DNA of 64,000 nucleotides, taken from an uncultured Chloroflexia bacterium. Lineage in GTDB: Bacteria > Chloroflexota > Limnocylindria > Limnocylindrales > CSP1-4. The translations under genes were made by a program, and so were the position numbers. The stretch covers positions 1 to 64,000 of the forward strand of contig CAVVYR010000001.1 in the NCBI GenBank assembly GCA_963752475.1, written 5' to 3'. Under the pieces are notes generated by a model, which was not told the DNA's origin, searched no databases, and saw nothing but the letters and a program-made list of their open reading frames with translations. This document shows positions 10,379 through 19,730 of the stretch, one piece after another. The first letter of the stretch is position 1; every line of letters begins with the position of its first letter.

Positions 10379-10873
10379 ATGTCCAGAAAGATGTGCAGCG
10401 CAGGGACTCTGGCGGTGGCGGGTCTGTTGGCCACGGCAGCGATCGGCATCGCAGCCGAGCCGGTGGACGTGACTGGCGAAGCGACGGCCGAGCAGGTCGG
10501 AGAGTCCGTCTGGAGCGGCGAGCCGGTGCCCGGACTACCCGGGTCGCACCAGTCGAACTACCTCGAGGAAGGCACTCTAGTCACCTCCGACAAGCGCCTG
10601 TCAGGAGCGGGCGACAACGTGGTCACGTGTGATTTCACGGCTACGGAAGGGACCACCGTCGGTACGTGCTGGGGCACCGCGACCGTGCATAACGAGCGCG
10701 GGGCCTGGGCCGGCACCATCTCCGGCACGACCACCTGGAGCGACACCGCGCCGGCGCACGTCCACGTGATGAACCTGGAATACCTCGGGGCGGGCGACTA
10801 CGAAGGGCTCCGCTTCAAGGGCGTGATCGAGGGCACCGACTACCCATGGACGATCACCGGGACCATCGAGTAG
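10379..10873 (+). CDS. Secreted beta-rich protein, paralog of the anti-sigma C-terminal domain
   Basis: Signal peptide; SDKRLSG...GTCWGT...GAWAG...YLGAGDYEGLRF aligns to 11542-12210. Confidence 0.8.
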   Translation: MSRKMCSAGTLAVAGLLATAAIGIAAEPVDVTGEATAEQVGESVWSGEPVPGLPGSHQSNYLEEGTLVTSDKRLSGAGDNVVTCDFTATEGTTVGTCWGTATVHNERGAWAGTISGTTTWSDTAPAHVHVMNLEYLGAGDYEGLRFKGVIEGTDYPWTITGTIE

Positions 10874-10973
10874 ACGGTTCGGCCATCGACCTCGCGAGAA
10901 GGGACCTAGGCCTCTTGCCGAGTGCTCCGAGTCAGCACAACCTGTGGCAGACCGACGAAGCACTCGGCGAGGC

Positions 10974-11003
10974 GCAACAGCGACATGGGTTCGGAGCCTC
11001 TCT
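10974..11003 (+). promoter_or_regulatory. Putative autoregulatory ECF promoter GCAACAG-N16-CCTCTCT
   Basis: Ends 5 nt before ATG 11009 (leaderless-like). Confidence 0.7.
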
Positions 11004-11008
11004 CTGGT

Positions 11009-11549
11009 ATGACGGCACTGGCAGCGGCTGAGTCGATGACGGTCGTACTGCAGCAGGCGGCCGCTGGCGACGAGGCCGCCTTCACCCGTATCGTCGACGC
11101 CTACCACCCTGACATGGTCCGGGTCGCCTACGGCATCTGCGGCGAAAGAGACCTGGCGCTCGACGCGGTCCAATCGGCCTGGATGATCGCGTGGCGCAAG
11201 CTGCACACGGTGCGCCAGCCCGATCGACTGCGTTCGTGGCTCGTGGCGGTCGCCGCCAACGAGGCTCGCCACCTGGTCCGCCGCCGTGGTCGACGGCGGC
11301 TCGTCGAGCTGGCCATGCACCCGCCCGATACCGGCTCGCCTGACCCGGCGGACGAAATCCGCCGCGTCGACCTGGTCAACGCACTGCAGCGCCTCAAGCC
11401 CGAGGAGCGCTCGCTGATCGCATTGCGCTACGGCGCTGACCTCGATTTCGGCCGAGATCGGCCCCTTGCTGGGCCTCACCGCGTCGGGCGTCCGGGCACG
11501 CCTCGCGAGACTGATGGGTCGACTAAGGAAGGAACTCGGCGATGTCTGA
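11009..11549 (+). CDS. ECF sigma-70 factor (one +1 frameshift near 11447)
   Basis: AAAGDEAAF, DAVQSAW, LRSWLVAVAANEAR; region 4 AEIGPLLGLTASGVRARLARL continues in a shifted frame after GATTTCG. Confidence 0.88.
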
Positions 11550-12210
11550 GCGCGAAGCCTTCGAGACACGCTTCCGTCGCGCCTATCGCTGCTATCTCGA
11601 CGAGGCCCCCACCGAGGTCGATGCCGCTGCCGTCGCGCGAGCGGCCGCCACACAGCGCCGCTTCGCAGGCTTGGCCTGGCCCAGTTTCGCCGGGCCGGCC
11701 CGTGTCCTCATATGGGTCGTGCTCCTGGCCCTGCTGATCGCGGCTCTTGCCACCAGCACCCTGTTCACCGGTTCGGAGGGACCCGCGATCGTTGTGGGCA
11801 CGGAGGTGACCGGTACGTCGCTGTGTACGCAGACGTATCCGGGTCAGTGGCACGGCGCACGCGTCCCGGGTGGCGTGACCGAGAGACTCTCGGAGATGAC
11901 CCAGGAGTGCACGATGGAGGCCTCCGACCCGCGGCTCACGGGGGACGCCGATAACGTGGTCGACTGCAGCTACGCCGAGGTCGATGGTGTCCTGATCGGT
12001 GAGTGCTGGGGTACCAGCGTCATCCGCAACGAGGATGGCGCCTGGGGCGGCGTCTTCTCGGGCACGACACGTGAAGAGCCGGGGGCCAAGGACCCGATGG
12101 ACCTGGTCTACCTCGGGAGTGGCGACTACGCCGGGCTTCGCTTCGTCGGCAGCACCACCACGACCTTGTCACCGGACCGTTTCACCGGGACGATCGAGTC
12201 GGTCGAGTGA
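11542..12210 (+). CDS. Putative transmembrane anti-sigma factor
   Basis: Overlaps sigma stop; short cytoplasmic N-terminus, one TM, extracytoplasmic domain. Confidence 0.72.
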   Translation: MSEREAFETRFRRAYRCYLDEAPTEVDAAAVARAAATQRRFAGLAWPSFAGPARVLIWVVLLALLIAALATSTLFTGSEGPAIVVGTEVTGTSLCTQTYPGQWHGARVPGGVTERLSEMTQECTMEASDPRLTGDADNVVDCSYAEVDGVLIGECWGTSVIRNEDGAWGGVFSGTTREEPGAKDPMDLVYLGSGDYAGLRFVGSTTTTLSPDRFTGTIESVE

Positions 12211-12276
12211 GCCGCGCAAGATACCGATGGCGACTGGCTCCAAGTGTCGCCCGAGGACTGGACTGACGGGCCTGAG

Positions 12277-12480
12277 CGTGTGAACCGCACCAACAGTCGA
12301 GGCCTTCGCCGCTCAACCCGCCAGGCACAGGACCCGGGAGCCTTCGCCGCTCGAGCCTGAAGGGCTCCCAAAGCACGTGCGCTACCTCTGCGCTACACCC
12401 CGACGGGTTCGTGCATGACTAGGGTACAGAGCGCGACTCCATGGCGACACCGAGGGACCGATACCGCCTGAACCGCACGA
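12277..12480 (-). repeat. tRNA-Pro(TGG) 5'-half repeat, copy 4
   Basis: tRNA half at 12364-12402; GCCTTCGCCGC at 12302 and 12340; GAACCGCAC at both ends; TACCCT. Confidence 0.92.
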
Positions 12481-12561
12481 TGGTCGGGCGATGCGAGCGC
12501 GAGGCCTGCCAGCCACGGACATACATCCTTCCTACAGGGAAGCTGTGCCACCATCGCGCCG

Positions 12562-13239
12562 ATGCATCTACTGGTGGTCGAGGATGACGTTCGCCTTGCC
12601 CGCTCGCTGGCCCGACTCCTCGTCGAGGACCACCACGTGGTGGAACTCGCCCTGACTGGCCACGAAGGCCTCGAGCTCGCCGTGGGCGCCGACGGGCTGG
12701 ACGTCGTCATCCTCGACATCGGCCTGCCCGACATCGACGGACTGCAGGTCTGCCGCTCCCTCCGGGCCGAAGGGCTCAGCCTGCCGGTCCTCATGCTTAC
12801 CGCGCGCGATGCCGTCGGAGATCGAGTGGCCGGTCTCGATGCGGGCGCCGACGACTACCTCGTCAAGCCCTTCGCCTATGCCGAGCTCAGCGCCCGTCTT
12901 CGCGCTCTCGGCCGCCGCCGTGCCGCCGAGCGGACCCGACACGAGCCAACGCTCCGACTCGGAAGCATCGTCCTCGACGAGGCCGCACGGCAGGTCCACG
13001 TCGCCGAGGGATCGGTGGAGCTCTCCCAGCGTGAGTTCGCGCTGCTCGAATGCCTCATGCGCCATCCCGACCAGGTCCTGACACGGGACCAACTGCTCGA
13101 CCACGCCTGGCCCATGGCCGTGGCGGTGATGCCCAACACCGTCGACCAGTACGTGAGCTTCCTGCGGCGCAAGCTCGGCCCCGAGGCCGAGCGCATCCGG
13201 ACGGTGCGCGGCGTCGGCTACCGCATGACCAGCACATGA
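12562..13239 (+). CDS. OmpR-family response regulator
   Basis: VVEDD, LDIGLP, LTARD, GADDYLVKPF, TVRGVGY. Confidence 0.95.
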   Translation: MHLLVVEDDVRLARSLARLLVEDHHVVELALTGHEGLELAVGADGLDVVILDIGLPDIDGLQVCRSLRAEGLSLPVLMLTARDAVGDRVAGLDAGADDYLVKPFAYAELSARLRALGRRRAAERTRHEPTLRLGSIVLDEAARQVHVAEGSVELSQREFALLECLMRHPDQVLTRDQLLDHAWPMAVAVMPNTVDQYVSFLRRKLGPEAERIRTVRGVGYRMTST

Positions 13240-14594
13240 GTCCATCACCACCCCGAGCCGAGGCGCAGGTGCTGCGGCGGACCCGGCTCCGTCTGGCGCT
13301 CTGGAGCGGCGGTACCACGCTCGTCGTGCTGCTCATCCTCGGCGTCATCGTCTACGCCTTCGTAGCGCAGCAACTCGCCCGCGACTCCGAGGAACAGCTG
13401 CGCACGCGCGCGACCCTCGTCGCGGCGCTCAAGGACCCAGCGAGCGACGCTGCCGACGACGACGTTGCCCTCGTGGCCGCCGCCGACAAGACCGGCGTGC
13501 TGTTCGGCGGGCCGCTGTCGGGCACGATCGCGATCACTTCGGAGAAGTCGGAGGGTGCCACGACCGGCCTCGCAGGCAAGGTTGCCGCGAAGACGACGGC
13601 CACGACCGAGACAGACCTCGCGGTCAAGGAAGCCTCGGTCGAACTGAAGGCCCGGATCGCCGACGCCGTAGCTGATGCGAGCTCGAGGACCGATGGCAGC
13701 GAGCTCACGCTGAAGGACATCGACGGCGTCCCGACGAGGATCGTCTCGGTCTACGCTGGAACGCCTGAGGAACCCTTCGTCGTACACGCGATCGCGGACC
13801 GCACCATCGAGCTGCGCACGATGTCCAACCTGGCGATAGCGCTGTTCGCAGGAGGTGCGCTTGCCGTGCTCGCGGCCTCGCTCGCAGGTTGGGTGTACTC
13901 GGGAAGGGCGCTGGTCCCCATCCGCGCCTCGCTCCGCCGTCAGCGTGAGTTCGCGGCGGACGCTAGCCACGAGCTACGCACACCGCTGACCGTGGTGCGC
14001 AACAACCTCGAGATCCTGGCCCGACACCAGGCGGACGACCCCGCTGATCTGGTCGCTCTCGAGGATGCGACCGCAGCGACCGAACGGATGGGCCGCCTGA
14101 TCGAAGACCTGTTGCTGCTCGCCAGGACGGACGCTGACGCCGCCCCGATCGAACACGCTGAGCTTGACCTTGCCGAGGCGGCGCTCGGCGCAGTCGACGG
14201 GTTGACCGACGATGCAGAGCGTCGGCGCATCTCCATCGAACTGGACCTGGACCTGACCCCCGTCCACGGTGACGCCGGGCGGCTACGACAGTTGGTCACC
14301 ATCCTTGTCGACAACGCCATCAGGCATGGCCGTGAGAGCGGGCACGTCTGGGTCAAGGTGGGGCTTCGTGACGGACGTGCCGAGCTGGTCGTGGCCGACG
14401 ACGGGCCGGGCATCCCCGAAGCACACCGACATGACGTCTTCGGGCGCTTCTGGCGGTCGCCGACTGCGGAGATGAGCGGTAGCGGACTCGGCCTCTCCAT
14501 CGCCGCGTGGATCGTGGCGGCCCACGAGGGGTCCATCGAGCTGGACGAGCGACCGGGTGGCGGTGCCAGGTTCACGGTCGAGCTGCCGCGCTGA
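13236..14594 (+). CDS. Sensor histidine kinase
   Basis: Two TMs, ADASHELRTPL, LVDNAIRH, DDGPGI, GSGLGL; ATGA overlap with regulator. Confidence 0.95.
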   Translation: MSPSPPRAEAQVLRRTRLRLALWSGGTTLVVLLILGVIVYAFVAQQLARDSEEQLRTRATLVAALKDPASDAADDDVALVAAADKTGVLFGGPLSGTIAITSEKSEGATTGLAGKVAAKTTATTETDLAVKEASVELKARIADAVADASSRTDGSELTLKDIDGVPTRIVSVYAGTPEEPFVVHAIADRTIELRTMSNLAIALFAGGALAVLAASLAGWVYSGRALVPIRASLRRQREFAADASHELRTPLTVVRNNLEILARHQADDPADLVALEDATAATERMGRLIEDLLLLARTDADAAPIEHAELDLAEAALGAVDGLTDDAERRRISIELDLDLTPVHGDAGRLRQLVTILVDNAIRHGRESGHVWVKVGLRDGRAELVVADDGPGIPEAHRHDVFGRFWRSPTAEMSGSGLGLSIAAWIVAAHEGSIELDERPGGGARFTVELPR

Positions 14595-14680
14595 CACCTC
14601 GAGTCGGGATACAGACAGCCTTCAGCCTCCCCCGACAGGCTTGACCGATCGCAGCACATCACAGCACGGAGACGCCACAG

Positions 14681-15277
14681 ATGCACCATCCCAGCTCGCC
14701 AGACCGGATCCGCCGCTGGCTGGCCGTAGCCAGTATCACCGCCGTCGTCGTCGTCGCTATCGCGGCGCCGCCGACGCTCGCGCAGGTGGCGACGCTCGGC
14801 TCCCCTCCCCCGGACGCCGAGGCCAGCACGGTCCCGGCCGAGGCGCTCGGCGAGCAGGACACGATGCTGGCGTGGGCCGAGTGCATGCGCGCCAACGGTG
14901 TCGAGGTCACCGACCCGATCTTCGACGCGTCAGGCGCGTTCATCGGCGGGCTCGAGTTCGAGGGGACCAAGGACGCCGGGCCCAAGGACGCGAAGAGCGA
15001 GCCTTTCCAGGCGGCCAGCGAGGCCTGCAGCGACTTCCTCGTCGCCTTCAAGCCCGTCGCCGATCCCGCGCTCGAGGCCGAGCAGACCGAAGCCGCCCTG
15101 CGCTTCGCGGCGTGCATGCGCGAGCAGGGGCTCGACTGGCCGGACCCGGCCCCTGACGGCACGAAGTTCGCTGGCTCCGACATCAAGACCGACAAGAAAT
15201 CGGTGGAGTTCCAGGCCGCCTACGAGGTCTGTGACGACGAACTCGCGGTCGAGGACGAGGGCGGAGCCGGCACGTAA
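14681..15277 (+). CDS. Secreted protein with two A-x-CMR-x-x-G...DP repeats
   Basis: Signal peptide; WAECMRANGV..DP and FAACMREQGL..PDP, each followed by FQAA.E.C. Confidence 0.78.
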   Translation: MHHPSSPDRIRRWLAVASITAVVVVAIAAPPTLAQVATLGSPPPDAEASTVPAEALGEQDTMLAWAECMRANGVEVTDPIFDASGAFIGGLEFEGTKDAGPKDAKSEPFQAASEACSDFLVAFKPVADPALEAEQTEAALRFAACMREQGLDWPDPAPDGTKFAGSDIKTDKKSVEFQAAYEVCDDELAVEDEGGAGT

Positions 15278-15316
15278 CTCAAGCCGGGCATGGGAGCCGT
15301 TGGACCTCGGACCACG

Positions 15317-15464
15317 CTCGCGAACCACACAACGATCGAGGCCTTCGCCGCTCGGATCATCAGGCTCAGGACCCCGGAGCCTTCGCCGCAAACCCTTCGT
15401 GGGCTCCCAAGCACGCGCGCCACCGCTTCGCTGTCCCGACGAAGACCGTGCGTGCCCTGGGTAC
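15317..15464 (-). repeat. tRNA-Pro 5'-half repeat, copy 5 (degenerate)
   Basis: Left arm well conserved (GCCTTCGCCGC at 15341 and 15379); tRNA part 15403-15438 mutated. Confidence 0.85.
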
Positions 15465-15494
15465 GCCACGCGCCTCGGACGCGAGGCTGCGCCG

Positions 15495-16245
15495 TCAGGC
15501 TGCGGGATCCTCCACGCTCTCCGCCTCTACGTTCGAGCCCACGTGGAGGAGGAGCCAGATGACGCCCGCGAGGGCGGCGCCGATGGCCGGGAACAGGATG
15601 AAGGCCCAGACCTGGCCGAGCGCCCAGTCAGCCTGGAAGACGGCCTGCCGATCGAACGAGCCGGGTTCACCGACGCGTTCGACACCGGGATCGAGATGAG
15701 GTGCACGAGGGTCAGGCCGATGCCGGCGGCGATGGGGCCGAAGCACTTGGGCACGCCGAGCTCGTTCGTCGTGCCCAGCACGATGAGGACGAAGACCGCG
15801 GTGACCACGATCTCGAGGATCGCGACCGAGAGCAGGTCGAAGCCCGCGGGCGAGTGCGCGCCGTAGCCGTTCGAGGCGAAGCCGGCGTCCTGCGCCATGG
15901 TGAAGTAGCCGTCGGTGCCCAGCAGGATGAGCGCGAGGATGCCCGCCCCGACGATGCCACCGATCACCTGGCCGGTGAAGTAGGGCCACGACTTCGCGGG
16001 CTCGAGCTTGCCCGCGATGAGCATGCCGATGGTCACCGCGGGATTGACGTGACAGCCCGAGACACGGCCGATGAGATAGGCCATCGCGAGGAGGCTGAAG
16101 CCGAAGGCGAGCGAGACACCGAGGATGCCGACGCTGAGGCCTCGTCGAAGCCGCCGGTGGCGAAGATTGCGGTGCCGGCTCCCCCGATCACCAGGACCGC
16201 GGTGCCGAGGGCTTCGGCCAACCCGATCCGCAGGTGGTCGTTCAT
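15495..16245 (-). CDS. aqpZ: Aquaporin Z (frameshifted copy)
   Basis: SGCHVNPAVT and ASVNPARS NPA motifs; two indels relative to the intact paralog at 42307-43059. Confidence 0.85.
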
Positions 16246-16345
16246 TCGTTCGTCCTCAAGGAGGGTGATGAAGCGGGTAACCCAGCGCTGACGCCGTTCG
16301 GATCGCAGCGCATCCGCAGAGCCAGGCGGTCGATCAGCGGTGCTG

Positions 16346-17155
16346 TCACGATGGCGGCCCGATCTGCTCCTGAAGCTGAACCAGCGGTACCTGGCTCACC
16401 GTGAGCGTGCCGCCCTGCGGGCGCTCGATGTCGATGATGAGCGTGATGACGGCGCCCAGCACGACGATGAGCGCGAGCGCCGTGAGCGGGCTGCGTCGTC
16501 CCGTCAGTCCGGCGCTGAAGCCGACCATCCCGAGCGTGAGCGCCGAGCCGAGGAACAACAGGAGCAGGACGGTCTCCGGCACACGGGCATAGATCGCCGC
16601 CACCTCACGCGTGGAGGCGACGTCGATCGTCTCGTTGAGCGATTCGGTGTAGCTCGCGTGATAGACCGCGAGCACCGTCGGGTCGTCGTAGTCGGGCGTC
16701 GTCCGTGCGAGCCCCTCGGCGATGGCCCACAGCTCGTCCCGGATCTCGGCGGCGCGGGCGAGCTCGTCCGCGATGTCGCTCAGGACCACCCCTTCGGTCA
16801 CGGTCCGCAGCGGCACATACTCACGGAGCAGCTCCCGGCTCTCGTCTGCGGCAGGCTCGGGCAGGTAGCCGGCACGGAGGTACGTGGTGCCGATCGAGTT
16901 GGCCTCTTCGAGCACCAGCCCACGGCGGGTATCGAAGCGGTCGGTGGCCATGCCCATGGTGATCGCCAGCAGGAAGGCCATGAGCGCGAGGATCGAGCCC
17001 ACGAGCATGCCCGTGGGCCCTTCCTTCTCCTCGGGTGTGCGGGACTGCCACCAGCGCCCGAAGCGGAACCCCAGCTCGTAGAGCACGAGCGCGAGCAGGG
17101 CGAAGGCAAGGAACACGCCCGGGATGGGAAGCGAGTCGATGAGATCCTGGAACAT
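16346..17155 (-). CDS. Membrane protein, DUF4239/bestrophin-like
   Basis: LAFLLA...RFDTRR..EEANSIGTTYLRA, DIERPQGG; near-identical copy at 41096. Confidence 0.7.
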   Translation of the reverse strand: MFQDLIDSLPIPGVFLAFALLALVLYELGFRFGRWWQSRTPEEKEGPTGMLVGSILALMAFLLAITMGMATDRFDTRRGLVLEEANSIGTTYLRAGYLPEPAADESRELLREYVPLRTVTEGVVLSDIADELARAAEIRDELWAIAEGLARTTPDYDDPTVLAVYHASYTESLNETIDVASTREVAAIYARVPETVLLLLFLGSALTLGMVGFSAGLTGRRSPLTALALIVVLGAVITLIIDIERPQGGTLTVSQVPLVQLQEQIGPPS

Positions 17156-17245
17156 CTGATGCTCTTCCTGTGTCGTGGATACGTGATCCGTGTGGGGCGC
17201 CGCTCCCGGGCGTCAGTCGCATGTGGCCGCTCAGGCCGACCGAAC

Positions 17246-18730
17246 TCAGGTCCGCTCGACGTCCCCGGGCTTCCAGGACTGGTCGAACCAGGGCTCCAGC
17301 GGCCCATACAGGCGAAGGATGACGAACCAGCCCTTGCCCGGGACCGTCTGGATCCAATTCTCCGATGCCGTGGCTGGTGGCTCGGGGCCGAACGTGATGT
17401 CGACCGACCCGTCCGCGTTGTAGGTGAGCGCGTCACGCTTGCCGTTGCGGCCGGGGAATGGCTGACCGGTCTGAAGCTCGGAGCGCGTCTGCGGGTCGTA
17501 GACCACGACGGACCAGAAGTCCTTCACAGGCACGTCCGGCGGAAGACGCAAGCGGTACGAGGCGCCGCCGTCGAAGGAATCCCCCTCGAGGTCGCGAGTC
17601 GCGCACACGTACTGCGACCCGAGCCCGACCATCTCCATCGCCATCGCCGGCGTGTTGACCGTGGCCACGTAGAAGAACAGCGTCCTTGCGTCGAGGTGGC
17701 GGCCACCGAGCCCATCGTCACGCAGCCAACGGTAGTCGCCGCCGATGAAGGGCGTCGTCCACTGGCGGTCGGGGTACACGTAGGCATCGCGCTCTCGGTT
17801 CTGGAAGAAGGTGGCGCGTGCGGTAGCGTTCCCGACCGCTGCAGCGTCCAGCAGGATCTCGCGCATCCGATCGTCAGGCTGGAAGGGCCGGCCCTTCTGG
17901 ATCCCCAGGGACGCGAGAAGGCCGCGAAGCTCCGGGTCGAGCATCTCCACGGGCTCACGCTCGATGACCGAGGCGATCTCCTCGTAGAAGGAGTAGTCGT
18001 TCGCGTGGATGGTGTTGAACTGAGCTCCCGACGCAGAGATGAACCGCATCTCCGGCGATGCCGCGGCCTTGGACAGCGGATAGACCCGCAGCCCCATACG
18101 GAACATCTGCACTGCCGTGTCGGGCTTGCCATCGACCAGGAAGCCGCGCAGGATCAGCCAGTTGATGCGGCTCGTAGATGCCGCCACGAAGTACCCGCCC
18201 GGGACCGGCCCGTCGTAGCCGGGCGGCAGGATGAGGTACTTGCCGCCGGCGCCGCGATCGGGACCAGGCGAGCCCATGTCGGTGACGAAGCGGAAGAAAG
18301 CGTCGTTGACCGTACCGGGTCCGCACTCGGGCGGAACCTCCACCACGGTAGGGCCATCGCGTTCCAGATCGAGGATGCCTGACAGGTAGACGGTATCGGT
18401 GTTACCCGTCAGGAACAGGGGATTGGAATCCAGGAGCCGGTCCATGATGAGGACCTTGTGGCAAGCGTCGGCGCCCTGCGCGTCGTGGGCACGACGCATC
18501 GCTTCGACCGAGGCAGCAGGTATGCCGTCAAGGAAAGCCTTCACGCCACGACCGAAGTCGAGGTTGTCAAAGACAAGGCGAGACGTCTCGGAGGTCGGGA
18601 CACCATCGACGAACTCCAGATCCCCGATCCGCGATTCGACGAGGTCGGGCGTCATGATCTGCAGTGGGACAGGCGTGTTGTAGCCCGGCGGGACCGATGC
18701 GGTCCTGCCGGCCTGGGCGCGCTCTGGCAT
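17246..18730 (-). CDS. DUF1254/DUF1214 domain protein
   Basis: LTGNTDTVY, GPDRGAGGKYLILPPGY, FWSVVVYD, LRLYGPLEPWFD. Confidence 0.88.
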   Translation of the reverse strand: MPERAQAGRTASVPPGYNTPVPLQIMTPDLVESRIGDLEFVDGVPTSETSRLVFDNLDFGRGVKAFLDGIPAASVEAMRRAHDAQGADACHKVLIMDRLLDSNPLFLTGNTDTVYLSGILDLERDGPTVVEVPPECGPGTVNDAFFRFVTDMGSPGPDRGAGGKYLILPPGYDGPVPGGYFVAASTSRINWLILRGFLVDGKPDTAVQMFRMGLRVYPLSKAAASPEMRFISASGAQFNTIHANDYSFYEEIASVIEREPVEMLDPELRGLLASLGIQKGRPFQPDDRMREILLDAAAVGNATARATFFQNRERDAYVYPDRQWTTPFIGGDYRWLRDDGLGGRHLDARTLFFYVATVNTPAMAMEMVGLGSQYVCATRDLEGDSFDGGASYRLRLPPDVPVKDFWSVVVYDPQTRSELQTGQPFPGRNGKRDALTYNADGSVDITFGPEPPATASENWIQTVPGKGWFVILRLYGPLEPWFDQSWKPGDVERT

Positions 18731-18751
18731 CTCGACCTCCTGACGTGCTCG

Positions 18752-19115
18752 CTAGGCGAGCAGCTTGGCCTTGGCCGCCGAGAACTCCTCATCGGTCAGC
18801 GCACCAGCCTGGTGGAGCTGGGCCAGCTGGTTCAGCTGCGTCATGAGGTCGTCGCTGGCGGCCGGCGGGGGCCGCAGCTGCTGCCGCGGGTGCTGCCGCT
18901 GCCTCCGCTGCCTGCTGGGCCTGCATCTCTTCCATCTGACGCTGCATCTGCTCCGCCTGCGCCTGCTGCGCTTCGGCCGTCTGGGCCTGCTGCTGAGCGG
19001 CCTGATTGGCGTACTTCTGCTGCTGGCGGTGTTGGACCGCTCCGGCAGTGCCCGCCACCACGGCCGTCGTGGCCACGGCGCCTACGATGCCTCGTCCACC
19101 TCGTCGTCGCATCAT
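18752..19115 (-). CDS. SHOCT domain protein (one frameshift)
   Basis: ATTAVVAGTAGAV..RQQ N-terminus; C-terminal QLNQLAQLHQAGALTDEEFSAAKAKLLA in a shifted frame. Confidence 0.8.
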
Positions 19116-19161
19116 CGTTCTGTTCCTCCGTTCGTTCGTTGGGTTGGGCGGCGATGGAGGC

Positions 19162-19593
19162 CTAGGCCTGAGCCGCCTCGATATCGGCGTAGAGCTGCTG
19201 TACCACGGCACGGGGGACGCGCTCGTCCATGACGACGGATCCGCCGGCGTTCTCGATGGCATCGCTGATGCGTGATGCCCAGGCATGCTCGAACAGCAGG
19301 AGGGCAACCGACGAGTCGGGTCCCAGACCCTCGCTCAGGGCGTACGCGTCCTGCTCGCTGAGCATGGCGGTGACATCGCCCACGACAGGCTCGAAGCGCT
19401 GCAGGACCTCATCCTCGAGCTCGTTGAGCTCAAGCACGCGCACGGGTTCGTCACCGACACGGATGGCCAGGAGGATGTCGATGACGCGGATGACACCGGC
19501 GTCCACGACTCGCTGGATCTCAGGGATGATCTCGCCCTTGAACTGGTTGCCCGGGAACTTGAGCACCACGAGCTCGAGTGGGCCGGTTGACAT
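19162..19593 (-). CDS. DUF6325-like protein
   Basis: GPLELVVLKFPGNQFKGEI, IRVIDIL, LLFEHAWA; typical neighbour of SHOCT genes. Confidence 0.78.
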   Translation of the reverse strand: MSTGPLELVVLKFPGNQFKGEIIPEIQRVVDAGVIRVIDILLAIRVGDEPVRVLELNELEDEVLQRFEPVVGDVTAMLSEQDAYALSEGLGPDSSVALLLFEHAWASRISDAIENAGGSVVMDERVPRAVVQQLYADIEAAQA

Positions 19594-19687
19594 AGGTACC
19601 TCCTCAGGTGCGGGAGCGGCGGCAACGGGACGCCCGCAGCCGATGATGCACTGGGGGAAAAGATAAGCGGCTCGATGAACGATGTCA

Positions 19688-19704
19688 TCACCCTCAAGGG
19701 GTGA
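19688..19704. promoter_or_regulatory. Palindrome TCACCC-N5-GGGTGA, candidate operator of MalT-like LuxR regulator
   Basis: Perfect inverted repeat between the regulator and the DUF6325 operon start. Confidence 0.5.
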
Positions 19705-19730
19705 GCCCGGGCGTTCGGGTCGAGCGAGCC

